NCBI GenBank assembly: GCA_947258785.1
Contig: CAMYJT010000014.1
Location: 6,546 to 70,545 of the forward strand
Direction: 5' to 3'
Length of the DNA: 64,000 bases
Source of the DNA: an uncultured Gammaproteobacteria bacterium
Lineage (GTDB): Bacteria > Pseudomonadota > Gammaproteobacteria > Arenicellales > JAANXG01
Shown here: piece after piece, positions 36,509-46,081 of the stretch
Numbering within the stretch: the first letter of the stretch is position 1
Layout of the letters: every line of letters begins with the position of its first letter
Notes under the pieces: model-generated
Told to the model about the DNA's origin: nothing
Databases searched by the model: none
Seen by the model: the letters and a program-made list of their open reading frames with translations, nothing else
Translations under genes and position numbers: made by a program

Positions 36509-37299
36509 GCACCGTCCTTGTTGAATGCGCCGATCACGTCGGCAACGTCATCCTCAACCGTCCGGATGTTTTAAATGCCTTGAACAGTGAGATGGCGGCC
36601 GAATTCCACGTCGCGCTGGCCCGGTATGCACAGGACAGCGCGATTCGTTGCATCGCCGTTCGCGGTGCAGGGGAAGGCTTCATGGCCGGGGGCGACATCG
36701 GGTTCTTCCAGCGGCATCTGACCGGGCTGGCGGCCGGTAATCACGGGGCCTTGCACAGTGTCTTCGATGACGTGCACGGTGCGATACGGGTCATGCGCGG
36801 AGCGCCGAAGCCCATCGTCGGCGGTGTCCACGGGGCGGTTGCCGGTTTTGGGATCAGCCTGATGGCCGCATGCGATCTGGTGGTGGCCGCGGACGATACG
36901 GTGTTTACACTCGCCTACAGTCTCATCGGCGCGACCCCCGACGGGGGCGCAACCTTCGCGTTGCCGCGGATGATCGGGCTCAAGCGGAGTATGCAGCTTG
37001 CGCTGTTGGGCGAGCGCTTTGATGCCCAGCAGGCGCTGGCCATGGGGCTGATCAATCAAATCGTGCCGGCGGCCGAGTTGGCGGCCGCGAGCCACGACTT
37101 GGCGCGGAGACTCGCGGCCGGCCCGACTCGAGCCTACGCTGGCACCAAGCGGTTGTTGAATGCCTCGCTGAATAACGATCTGAACCAACAGCTCGACGCC
37201 GAGCGGTCCGAATTCCTTGGCTGTGCAACGACCGGGGACTTCGCGGAGGGCGTCAACGCCTTTTTGGCCAAGCGCCAACCGCGTTTCGTCGGCCGCTGA
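36505..37299 (+). CDS. enoyl-CoA hydratase/isomerase family protein
   Basis: VILNRPDVLNALN, GAGEGFMAGGDI and GAVAGFGISLMAACD. GTG 36505 overlaps the synthetase stop (GTGA). Confidence 0.8.
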   Translation: MSTVLVECADHVGNVILNRPDVLNALNSEMAAEFHVALARYAQDSAIRCIAVRGAGEGFMAGGDIGFFQRHLTGLAAGNHGALHSVFDDVHGAIRVMRGAPKPIVGGVHGAVAGFGISLMAACDLVVAADDTVFTLAYSLIGATPDGGATFALPRMIGLKRSMQLALLGERFDAQQALAMGLINQIVPAAELAAASHDLARRLAAGPTRAYAGTKRLLNASLNNDLNQQLDAERSEFLGCATTGDFAEGVNAFLAKRQPRFVGR

Positions 37300-37325
37300 T
37301 CGAACGCCGACCCGGCTGCATTTCC

Positions 37326-38234
37326 GTGTCGAGTGTCGCGTCCAAAATTCTGTTGTCCTTGGTGGTAGAGACTGCAATCGTGGCCTGGTTGGGCGTGCGT
37401 TGGCTGGAGCTGTCCCTCGGGGCCGGTGTTGCGCTGGCCTGGGGTGTAATGCTGTTGGTGCGCACGGCCCTGACCATACTCAGTTTCGCGCTCTCTGAAG
37501 CGTATCGTGGCGAACGCTCTCCATCGGCGCGGATCGGCATCGGTGGCTGGGTGCGCCTGTTGTGCGCCGAGGTGTGGGCGGTGCTGCGGGTCTTCTTTGT
37601 GCTGCATCCCTTCGAACCCTGGTTGAACAGGGCCGAGCCGCAGGCGGTCACCAACGACATGCCCACGATACTTGTCCACGGGTTCTTCAGCAACGGTGGA
37701 TTCTGGTGGGGGATCAAACGGTATTTACACCGGCATGGAATTCGAAACCTCTACACGGTCAACCTGGAGCCTCAGTTCGCGGACATCGACGAACTGGCCC
37801 GGCAACTCGAGGCCCGCGTCGATCAGGTCTGCCGCGCCACGGGCCACAACACGGTGATTCTGGTGGGGCACAGCATGGGTGGGTTGGTCTGCCGCGCCTA
37901 CATCCAACACCTTGAGGGCGCCCGGCAGACGGCCAAGCTCGTCACCATTGGTACCCCCCATCACGGGACCGTGCACGCTTGTGTGCTGCCGGGCCGTAAC
38001 TTGCGGCAGATGCGGCCCGGCAGCGGGTGGCTGGACGCGCTCAACCGCGGCTGGACCTCGATCCGGTTGCCCACGGCGTGCGCGTACAGCTGCCACGATG
38101 AGATTGTTGCACCGCAGGATAGCGGAGCCCTGGCCGGCACTCGAAATATTCCGCTGGCGGGGATCGGTCACCTGGAAATGGCCTTTTCTGCGCGGATCAG
38201 AGGATTTTTATTGAGAGAAATTGAACTGGCATGA
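37326..38234 (+). CDS. membrane-anchored alpha/beta-hydrolase, triacylglycerol-lipase-like
   Basis: Hydrophobic N-terminal segments. ILVHGFFSNGGFWW is oxyanion-hole-like, and VGHSMGGLV is the GxSxG motif. Confidence 0.7.
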   Translation: MSSVASKILLSLVVETAIVAWLGVRWLELSLGAGVALAWGVMLLVRTALTILSFALSEAYRGERSPSARIGIGGWVRLLCAEVWAVLRVFFVLHPFEPWLNRAEPQAVTNDMPTILVHGFFSNGGFWWGIKRYLHRHGIRNLYTVNLEPQFADIDELARQLEARVDQVCRATGHNTVILVGHSMGGLVCRAYIQHLEGARQTAKLVTIGTPHHGTVHACVLPGRNLRQMRPGSGWLDALNRGWTSIRLPTACAYSCHDEIVAPQDSGALAGTRNIPLAGIGHLEMAFSARIRGFLLREIELA

Positions 38235-38410
38235 ATTGTGCCGAGCAGGCAGGGCGCGGGAGTGCCGGCGCTTGACAAACGTAGTCTATCGGACCAAGGT
38301 TTGAGGGCAGGTGAGACGATGGGATGACAACAATTCATCCACGGTTCATCGGGCGACACAGCCGCCAAGAAACAAAAGACGAGGCGTGCCCGGACAAGAG
38401 GAAAAATAAG

Positions 38411-38506
38411 ATGATTAAGCAGAATCGTCACCCAAAGGAGTTTTCCACCTTGATGGTCGACAATTTCACTTTTCGTTACGCGTTGTCTCAGTCAGGAGCA
38501 GTCTAA
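38411..38506 (+). CDS. candidate 31-aa upstream small ORF coupled to the DUF1302 gene
   Basis: AGAGGA lies 8 nt upstream of ATG 38411. The stop TAA overlaps the DUF1302 ATG (TAATG at 38504-38508). No homology evidence. Confidence 0.2.
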   Translation: MIKQNRHPKEFSTLMVDNFTFRYALSQSGAV

Positions 38507-40386
38507 TGAAAACCAACACTTCCCAACTGCAAACGGTTTGGCAACAAGCGGGCGTTCTCGGCGCGGCATGTGCGACCGTATTGGCTGTGTCGGCACCCAG
38601 TCACGCGGTGCAGTTTCAGACCGAGACGGTGACCGGCAGCCTGGATACGACCATTTCTTACGGCACGACCTGGCGGGTCCAGAGTCAGGACAAGAACCTA
38701 TTGGGAACGGCTTCGACGACCCAACCCAATGGATCGCAGCCGCCTCGGACTCTGGGCGGGCGCGCGCATTCCGTCAACACCGACAACGGCAACTTGAATT
38801 ATGACACCGGCCTGGTGAGCAATGTGCTCAAAATTACCAGTGAGTTGGGGGTCGACCATGATTCCGGGTTAGGCGTGTTCGTCCGCGGTACGGCGTTCTA
38901 TGACTTTGAGAACGAAGACGGAGACCGCGAGAAGATCGACTTGACGGATGGGGCCTTGGACCTGGTGGGCAGCGACGTCGATCTGCTCGACGCCTATGGG
39001 TACAGCCAGTTCCAGCTCGGACAAATGCCGGTGGAGATCCGGGTCGGTGATCAGGTGGCCAGTTGGGGGGAGAGTACCTTCATCCAGAACGGCATCAATA
39101 TTATCAATCCCATCAATGTCGCCGCAATCCGGATCCCCGGCGCCGAGGTGCGGGAGGCGCTGCTGCCCGAGGGCATGGTCTGGGCCAACTTCGGCATCCG
39201 CGACAACCAGTCACTGGAATTGTTTTATCAGTACGATTGGGACGACACCGAGCCGGATCCCTCCGGGTCCTACTTCAGCACTCAAGATTTCGTCGGCAAG
39301 GGCGGTGATCGCGTCATGCTCGGTTTTGGGTTGATCCCGGACACCATCCCATTCGGACCGGCCGCTGCGGCCGCGATCGGGCAGAGCCCGCAAGGGGTGG
39401 CAGTTCCCCGCGGGACCGACAAGAGAGCGGACGACGGTGGGCAATACGGCTTTGCATACCGTTTGTTTCTGGAGCAGCTGCACGACACGGAACTTGGTTT
39501 CTACTTCATTAATTATCACAGCCGGCTGCCTTTGATCAGCGCGTTGACCGGATCGCTGGCTGGTTTGGCGGCCGGAGACTACGCGGGCAGCGCCCGTTAC
39601 TTCGTCGAATACCCGGAAGACATCCGATTGCTGGGCACGAGCTTCAACACTCAGTTGGGCACCACCGGGGTCGCGTTGCAAGGTGAACTGTCCTACAAAT
39701 TTGATGCGCCCTTACAGGTGGATGACGTGGAATTGCTGTTTGCCGCCCTGTCGCCTCTGGCCATTGCCGAGGCCCGGGCCGGGGCCCCCGGTTTGGGCAG
39801 CTTGCTCGCCCGCACCAATCAGGTCGTACCGGGCGGCGCTGGATTCGACACCGTCATCCCGGGGTTCATCGAACGCGACGTGGTGCAGCTGCAGACCACG
39901 GCGACCCAGGTGCTCCCCAACGTGTTCGGCGCCGACCAGTTGGCATTGGTGGGTGAGGTCGGGGTCACCCACGTACGGGACATGCCCGACCGCAGCAAGC
40001 TGCGTCTCGAATCCCCCGGCACCACCACCTCGGGAAACCCCGTCCACACGGCGCTGGGTGTGCAGCCCGCCACCGAGTTGTCCTCGCATTTCGCGGACCA
40101 GACTTCGTGGGGTTACCAGGTCCGCGGCCGGTTGACCTATAACAATGCGTTCGGGCCGTGGGCCCTGCTGCCCAATTTTGCCTTTCGTCACGACTTCAGC
40201 GGCAATACACCGCAGCCCTTGGGTAATTTCCTGGAAGGTCGTAAAGCGGTCACGCTGGGGCTGACGGCAAACCTGCGCAATGAGTGGGAGGCCGGTGTCA
40301 GCTACACGAGCTTCTTTGGCGCCGGGCGGGTCAATTTGATCAACGACCGGGATTTCATATCGTTCGTCGTCAAATATTCAAAATAG
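38506..40386 (+). CDS. DUF1302 family outer-membrane-like protein
   Basis: Signal peptide ending HAVQF, then GSLDTTISYGTTWRV and a C-terminal ...FISFVVKYSK. The pattern is recalled as DUF1302. AGGAG precedes the ATG. Confidence 0.8.
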   Translation: MKTNTSQLQTVWQQAGVLGAACATVLAVSAPSHAVQFQTETVTGSLDTTISYGTTWRVQSQDKNLLGTASTTQPNGSQPPRTLGGRAHSVNTDNGNLNYDTGLVSNVLKITSELGVDHDSGLGVFVRGTAFYDFENEDGDREKIDLTDGALDLVGSDVDLLDAYGYSQFQLGQMPVEIRVGDQVASWGESTFIQNGINIINPINVAAIRIPGAEVREALLPEGMVWANFGIRDNQSLELFYQYDWDDTEPDPSGSYFSTQDFVGKGGDRVMLGFGLIPDTIPFGPAAAAAIGQSPQGVAVPRGTDKRADDGGQYGFAYRLFLEQLHDTELGFYFINYHSRLPLISALTGSLAGLAAGDYAGSARYFVEYPEDIRLLGTSFNTQLGTTGVALQGELSYKFDAPLQVDDVELLFAALSPLAIAEARAGAPGLGSLLARTNQVVPGGAGFDTVIPGFIERDVVQLQTTATQVLPNVFGADQLALVGEVGVTHVRDMPDRSKLRLESPGTTTSGNPVHTALGVQPATELSSHFADQTSWGYQVRGRLTYNNAFGPWALLPNFAFRHDFSGNTPQPLGNFLEGRKAVTLGLTANLRNEWEAGVSYTSFFGAGRVNLINDRDFISFVVKYSK

Positions 40387-40405
40387 GCGTACGGGAGAGA
40401 GCATC

Positions 40406-41776
40406 ATGTACACATTAAAGGTCAATGCGAGTGTCGCCGTATCGCTGTGGGTGATGATTGCGGGCGTTGCGTCCGCAGCGCCGAGTCCGGAGGAGATAGC
40501 GCGCCTGGGTAACGAGCTGACCCCACTCGGTGCGGAAAAGGCGGGCAACGCCGACGGCAGTATTCCGGCCTGGGACGGCGGAATCAAGCGGCCTCCCGAT
40601 GCCGGCTTTGTTCCAGGGGGACATCATCCGGACCCGTTTGCCGACGACGAGCTTGTGTCCACCGTGACGAAGTCGAACGCAGATCAGCACGCCGGCAAAC
40701 TCACCGTCGGGCACAAGGCCATGCTCGATCTGTACGGTGACTCGTTCACGATGAAAGTCTATCCGACGCGGCGCTCGGCGGCTTATCCGGAGTCCGTCTA
40801 CGAAGCGACCAAGCGGGTCGCCGCAACCGCCAGCTTGTCGGAAGGCGGTAACGGAGTGACCGGTGCCGTCGTCGGGATTCCGTTTCCAATCCCGAAGTCC
40901 GGTATTGAAGTGATCTGGAACCACATACTCCGCTACCGGGGCGAGAGCGCCAGGCGTATGATCGGCCAGGCGGCAGTCACCCGCGGCGGCGCCTACACCA
41001 TGGTGATGCTCGAGGATGAGTACTTCGCGCCGTACTCGCTGGTGAATGCCACGGAAGCGGGTCTCAACAACGTCATCATCATGTTCAAGCAGCGGGTGAA
41101 GGCGCCGGCCCGTCTGGTTGGTCAGATTCTGTTGGTCCACGAGACCCTGAACCAGGCCAAAGAACATCGCAAGGCGTGGCTGTACAATCCCGGGCAGCGA
41201 CGGGTCCGGCGCGCCCCCAACGTCGCCTTTGACAATCCCGGTACGGCCTCGGACGGCCTGCGCACCAGCGATCAACTGGACATGTTCAACGGGAGCCCCG
41301 AACGCTACGACTGGGAATTGGTGGGCAAAAAGGAGATCTACGTGCCGTACAACTCCTACCGGTTGCACAGCAAGGAACTCAAATACAAAGACGTGCTGCA
41401 ACCGCTGCATCTCAATCCCCAGCATTTGCGCTACGAACTGCATCGGGCCTGGGTGGTCGAGGCGAATTTGAAACAAGGAACACGTCATATTTACAAGCGG
41501 CGGACGTTTTACGTGGACGAGGATTCGTGGCAGGTGCTGGCCGTGGACCAGTACGACAACCGGGATCAATTGTGGCGGGTGTCGGAAGGGCACGTCATCA
41601 ATTACTACGACGTGCCGACAGTGTGGACCACCTTGGAGGTGCATTACGACCTCCAGTCAGGACGCTATATTGCGGTCGGGCTGAACAATGAGGAGCCCAT
41701 CACCTACGATTTCTCACCGCAGCTGGCGATGCGGGACTTTTCCACCGGATCGTTGCGGCGGGCCGGACGGCGGTAA
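40406..41776 (+). CDS. DUF1329 family periplasmic/lipoprotein-sorting-like protein
   Basis: Signal peptide, then LTPLGAEKAGNADGSIPAWDGG, a hallmark N-terminal motif of DUF1329 (recalled). Confidence 0.8.
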   Translation: MYTLKVNASVAVSLWVMIAGVASAAPSPEEIARLGNELTPLGAEKAGNADGSIPAWDGGIKRPPDAGFVPGGHHPDPFADDELVSTVTKSNADQHAGKLTVGHKAMLDLYGDSFTMKVYPTRRSAAYPESVYEATKRVAATASLSEGGNGVTGAVVGIPFPIPKSGIEVIWNHILRYRGESARRMIGQAAVTRGGAYTMVMLEDEYFAPYSLVNATEAGLNNVIIMFKQRVKAPARLVGQILLVHETLNQAKEHRKAWLYNPGQRRVRRAPNVAFDNPGTASDGLRTSDQLDMFNGSPERYDWELVGKKEIYVPYNSYRLHSKELKYKDVLQPLHLNPQHLRYELHRAWVVEANLKQGTRHIYKRRTFYVDEDSWQVLAVDQYDNRDQLWRVSEGHVINYYDVPTVWTTLEVHYDLQSGRYIAVGLNNEEPITYDFSPQLAMRDFSTGSLRRAGRR

Positions 41777-41817
41777 GCGTTTGACCTGAGCGCGGCTGAA
41801 TCAGAGCCTCGGCCCGC

Positions 41818-42900
41818 GTGTCGTCCGCATTGTCCACGGGGATTCGGCGCAGGCTGTCCGCTCTGTGTGTACACCTGGGTGGTCGGCGGCTGGCCGTCGG
41901 TCTGCTGTTGACGCTATCGCTTGCGACTCTGTGGACGATTTCGGCGGTCGCCGGGGAGACGCAGTCCATTCCTGCGAGGCTGGCTGCAAAGTCCCTGTTG
42001 CTGGATGCGGAGGCCGCCGGGGAGCGGATCGTCGTCGTGGGAGAGCGCGGGCATCTGCTGGTGTCGGACAGTGGGGGAGACGACTGGCGGCAGGTAGTGG
42101 TACCGACCCGGGCGACCTTGACCGCAGTGCGATTCTTTCAATCTCGACTCGGCTTGGCCGTGGGCCACGACGCGGTGATTCTGCGCACGCAAGACGGTGG
42201 CGACAGCTGGGCTCGCGTGCATTACGCACCGCAGGAAGAGCGGCCGTTGCTGGATGTGTGGTTCCGCGACGCGGAGCACGCCGTTGCGGTCGGCGCCTAC
42301 GGTTATTATCTCGAAAGCCGCGATGCGGGGCGCACCTGGACGCCGCGGGACATCAAGACCCGGGTCGTAACGGATGACGACGACGCGCCCGGATTGCCGG
42401 CCGACGAGCTGCCCGACGACTATCATCTCAACCGGATCGCGTTCTCGGAAACCAGGCGTTTGTACATGGCGGCGGAGGCCGGGAATTTTTACCGATCCGA
42501 AGACCTCGGAGCCACCTGGACGCGCCTGCCAACGCCGTATGAGGGTTCGTATTTCGGTGTTTTGCCGCTCGACGGAGACGTCCTGCTGTTATTTGGGCTC
42601 CAAGGGCGGCTGTTTCGATCGGCCGATGCCGGAATAAGCTGGCGGCATATCGAAACCGGCACCGGCGCCGCATTGACGGACGGTATCCGCCTCAGTGACG
42701 AGTCGATCTTGCTGGTGGGCTTTTCGGGAACACTGCTGATTGGTGGCGGAGACGGGAAAAAGTTTACCTTGCGCCAGCAAGGTGGTCGTGCGGCCATTGC
42801 CTCGGTGGTCGAGTCCGCCGACGGCCATGTGATTTTCGCGGGCGAAGGCGGTGTTCGCCGCATCGGGCCTGAGGACTATCGCCCGAGCCCCTCATCCTAG
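41818..42900 (+). CDS. BNR/Asp-box repeat beta-propeller protein (Ycf48-like)
   Basis: Repeated SxDxGxxW boxes: SDSGGDDWRQV, TQDGGDSWARV, SRDAGRTWTP, SEDLGATWTRL and SADAGISWRHI. Confidence 0.75.
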   Translation: MSSALSTGIRRRLSALCVHLGGRRLAVGLLLTLSLATLWTISAVAGETQSIPARLAAKSLLLDAEAAGERIVVVGERGHLLVSDSGGDDWRQVVVPTRATLTAVRFFQSRLGLAVGHDAVILRTQDGGDSWARVHYAPQEERPLLDVWFRDAEHAVAVGAYGYYLESRDAGRTWTPRDIKTRVVTDDDDAPGLPADELPDDYHLNRIAFSETRRLYMAAEAGNFYRSEDLGATWTRLPTPYEGSYFGVLPLDGDVLLLFGLQGRLFRSADAGISWRHIETGTGAALTDGIRLSDESILLVGFSGTLLIGGGDGKKFTLRQQGGRAAIASVVESADGHVIFAGEGGVRRIGPEDYRPSPSS

Positions 42901-42902
42901 CC

Positions 42903-45257
42903 ATGTCCGACTCGACCTCGATCGCCCGGCTGGAACAGTTCGTTTTCAGCCATCGTGCCTGGGTGATTGGCACTGTTTGTCTTGTCACGGTCTTGATGGC
43001 TTGGTCGGCGACCAAATTACGGATCGACGCCGGTTTTGCCAAGTTGTTGCCGCTGCAGCACGAATATATGAAGAATTTTGTGAAATATCGCGAAGAATTC
43101 GGCGGCGCGAACCGGATCTTAATCGCCATTATGAGCCGTGACGGCGATATGTTTACCCCGGAGTTTTTCAACGCACTGAAGCAGGTGACCGACGAGGTGT
43201 TTTTTCTGCCGGGTGTGGACCGCAGCCGGGTGAAGTCCTTGTTCACCCCGAACGTGCGGTACACGGAAGTCGTGGTGGGTGGAATCGCCGGTGGCAATGT
43301 CGTGCCGGCGGACTTTCAGCCGACGGCGGAGGGTCTGGCCCGGGTCAGGGAGAATATTCTCAAAGCGGGCATCGTCGGGCGTTTGGTGGCCAACGACTTC
43401 AGCGGCGCCATCATCTATGCCGAGTTGTTGGAGTTCAACCCGAACACGGGTGAGCGCCTGAATTACGTCGAGGTTTCCCATGAATTGGAAGACAAGATCC
43501 GCAAGCGGTTTGTCGAACAATTCGACGTGCACATTATCGGTTTCGCCAAAGTCATCGGTGACATCGCCGACGGGGCCGGGCGCGTCGTGCTGTTTTTCGT
43601 GGCGGCTTTCTTGATCACCGCGGCACTGATCTATTTGTATACCACGTCGTTTCGGATCACCATGATCATGCTGGTGTGTTCGCTGTTGGCGGTGGTGTGG
43701 CAGTTGGGTCTGCTGCCGCTGCTGGGTTTCGGTTTGGACCCGATGTCGATACTCGTACCGTTCCTGGTTTTTGCGATCGGGGTGAGTCATGGCGTGCAAA
43801 TGGTAAGTGCGGTGCGCGCCGAACTGTACCTGGATCCGGATGCGGAGGCAGCGGCCAGGGCCGGTTTTCGGCGTCTGTTGGTGCCCGGCGCGGTAGCGCT
43901 CGCCAGCGACGCCATTGGTTTCATCACCATCCTGCTGATCGACATCGGTATTATTCGGGAAATGGCGATCACCGCCAGCCTGGGAGTCGGGGTAATTATA
44001 GTGACCAATTTGATCCTCTTACCGGTGCTGATCTCTTACCTGGGGCGGTTGGACCGATACCGGGATAGGTTGCGGCGGCGTGGCGAGAGGCTGCTGCCGT
44101 ATTGGCGCTCGGCTTCGGCCGTGGCGCAGCCCCGACCGGCCGCAGCTATACTTGGCTTGGGCGTGATACTGCTGGCGGTTGGCTTGTGGAAAGGGACGGA
44201 TGTGAAGATCGGGGATCTGCACCAGGGTGTGCCCGAATTGCGGCCGGATTCCCGTTACAATCTGGACACTGCTGTGGTCAGCGAACGGTTTACGATCGGA
44301 GTGGATGTGTTGACGGTATACGTGGCCACACCGCCGGAGAGCTGCATCAAGTACGACCACATGACGGCCATCGATGAGTTCGCCTGGTACCTTTCGAATA
44401 TTCAAGGCGTTCAATCGACGTTGACCTTGCCCCAGTTGGCCAAGATCATCAATGCCGGGTGGAACGAGGGCAGTCTGAAATGGCAGGTGTTGCCGCGCAA
44501 TCAACACGCACTGGTCCAGGCGACGATTCCCATCGACACCAGCAGCGGTCTGTTGAATCGGGACTGCAGTGTCATCCCGGTGCTGGTCTTCACCACCGAT
44601 CACACGGCCGAAACGATTGCGCGCATCGTCGGCGCGGTCAAAGATTACACCCGCGAACACGCAAACGAGGCCATGCAATTTCAACTTGCCGGCAGCAATG
44701 TAGGTGTGATGGCGGCGACGAATGAGGCCGTGGAGGCGGCACAGTTTCCGATGCTGTTATACGTGTTTACCGCCATCGTCGCACTCTGTCTGTTGTCGTT
44801 CAGAACCCTGGCCGGGACCCTGTGTATCGTTGTACCTCTGGCGCTGGTGTCGCTGCTGGCCTACGCATTGATGAGCTGGCTGCAGATCGGCCTGAAGGTC
44901 AACACCTTGCCGGTGGTCGCCCTCGGAGTTGGCATTGGGGTGGACTATGGCATCTATATCTTCAGCCGCTTCCACAGCCTGCTGCAAGAAGGCCTGGACC
45001 TGACCAAGGCGTATTTCAAGACCCTGGCCATCACCGGGGTGAGTGTGATATTCACGGGATGTACCCTGGCTGTTGGGGTGGCAACGTGGATTTTTGCTCC
45101 GTTGCAGTTTCAAGCCGACATGGGGATTCTGCTGACATTCATGTTCCTGATGAACATGCTCGGCGCCATCGTCTTGCTGCCGGCTCTGGCCAGATGGTTG
45201 TTGCGTGGGCCGGCGGCGCAACGTCCTGCGGTTGGCACGGTCCGCTCAACCTCATGA
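42903..45257 (+). CDS. RND-superfamily exporter (MMPL/COG1033-like), 784 aa
   Basis: Two 6-TM bundles separated by soluble domains. Start lies 2 nt after the BNR gene stop. Confidence 0.8.
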   Translation: MSDSTSIARLEQFVFSHRAWVIGTVCLVTVLMAWSATKLRIDAGFAKLLPLQHEYMKNFVKYREEFGGANRILIAIMSRDGDMFTPEFFNALKQVTDEVFFLPGVDRSRVKSLFTPNVRYTEVVVGGIAGGNVVPADFQPTAEGLARVRENILKAGIVGRLVANDFSGAIIYAELLEFNPNTGERLNYVEVSHELEDKIRKRFVEQFDVHIIGFAKVIGDIADGAGRVVLFFVAAFLITAALIYLYTTSFRITMIMLVCSLLAVVWQLGLLPLLGFGLDPMSILVPFLVFAIGVSHGVQMVSAVRAELYLDPDAEAAARAGFRRLLVPGAVALASDAIGFITILLIDIGIIREMAITASLGVGVIIVTNLILLPVLISYLGRLDRYRDRLRRRGERLLPYWRSASAVAQPRPAAAILGLGVILLAVGLWKGTDVKIGDLHQGVPELRPDSRYNLDTAVVSERFTIGVDVLTVYVATPPESCIKYDHMTAIDEFAWYLSNIQGVQSTLTLPQLAKIINAGWNEGSLKWQVLPRNQHALVQATIPIDTSSGLLNRDCSVIPVLVFTTDHTAETIARIVGAVKDYTREHANEAMQFQLAGSNVGVMAATNEAVEAAQFPMLLYVFTAIVALCLLSFRTLAGTLCIVVPLALVSLLAYALMSWLQIGLKVNTLPVVALGVGIGVDYGIYIFSRFHSLLQEGLDLTKAYFKTLAITGVSVIFTGCTLAVGVATWIFAPLQFQADMGILLTFMFLMNMLGAIVLLPALARWLLRGPAAQRPAVGTVRSTS

Positions 45258-45267
45258 GCCGGACGCC

Positions 45268-45963
45268 ATGACCGATTCGACATATGCGGTGATGCGCGAG
45301 GACATGGTGCGCAGGCAGATCCAATATCCCTGCGACGATCGGCCCGCGGTGACGGATGCGGGCGTTCTGTCGGCGATGCGCACCGTCCCCCGTCACCGGT
45401 TCGTGTCACTGGATCTGGCATCGGCCGCCTACGACGATCGGCCATTGCCGATTGGCTACGAGCAAACGATCTCCCAGCCGTACATCGTTGCCGTGATGAC
45501 CGAGCTGCTGGCGCTTGAACCGAACGATACGGTGTTGGAGGTGGGCACAGGCTCTGGCTACCAGACCTCAGTATTGGCGCAGATCGTACGCCGGGTCTAC
45601 AGCATGGAAATCGTTGGCGCTCTGGCCGATGCCGCCCGGCAGCGATTGACGGAGCTGGGCTACGACAACGTGGAAGTCCGAACGGGAAACGGCAACTTGG
45701 GTTGGCCCGAACACGCGCCGTTCGATGCCATTCTCGCTACTGCCGCGCCGGTGGACGTGCCCAGAGCGCTGCTTGACCAATTGCAGCGCGGCGGGCGTCT
45801 GGTGTTGCCGTTAGGGCCGGTCTGGCGTACTCAGAAACTCATTCGGATCGACAAAAAGGCAACCGGTGAGACATCACAGCGTCAGATCATGACGGTTGGA
45901 TTCGTACCCATGGTGAAAGAAAACCGGGCTGTGACCGAGCCAACTGGCGGCGATCTCGGTTGA
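45268..45963 (+). CDS. pcm: protein-L-isoaspartate O-methyltransferase
   Basis: QTISQPYIVAVMTELL and the SAM-binding motif VLEVGTGSGYQTSVLA. Confidence 0.85.
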   Translation: MTDSTYAVMREDMVRRQIQYPCDDRPAVTDAGVLSAMRTVPRHRFVSLDLASAAYDDRPLPIGYEQTISQPYIVAVMTELLALEPNDTVLEVGTGSGYQTSVLAQIVRRVYSMEIVGALADAARQRLTELGYDNVEVRTGNGNLGWPEHAPFDAILATAAPVDVPRALLDQLQRGGRLVLPLGPVWRTQKLIRIDKKATGETSQRQIMTVGFVPMVKENRAVTEPTGGDLG

Positions 45964-46081
45964 GGTGATATGTTTGCCTGGCGGGGTGGTGTGCTTGGTC
46001 TACGGTACACCCTGGTTGTCGGGCCGGCGGGTGTGATGGCAAGTTACCCGCAGAGTCTGGCGTGTTGTAAACACTGGTCTG

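Noticed and set aside
38272-38277. Consensus -35 hexamer TTGACA upstream of the DUF1302 leader
   Set aside because: No acceptable -10 hexamer lies at 16-18 nt spacing (CAAGGT at 17 nt), so it is not called as a promoter.
40415-41644. 409-aa minus-strand ORF
   Set aside because: It is antisense to the DUF1329 gene, which has a signal peptide and a hallmark motif. Treated as a GC-rich artefact.
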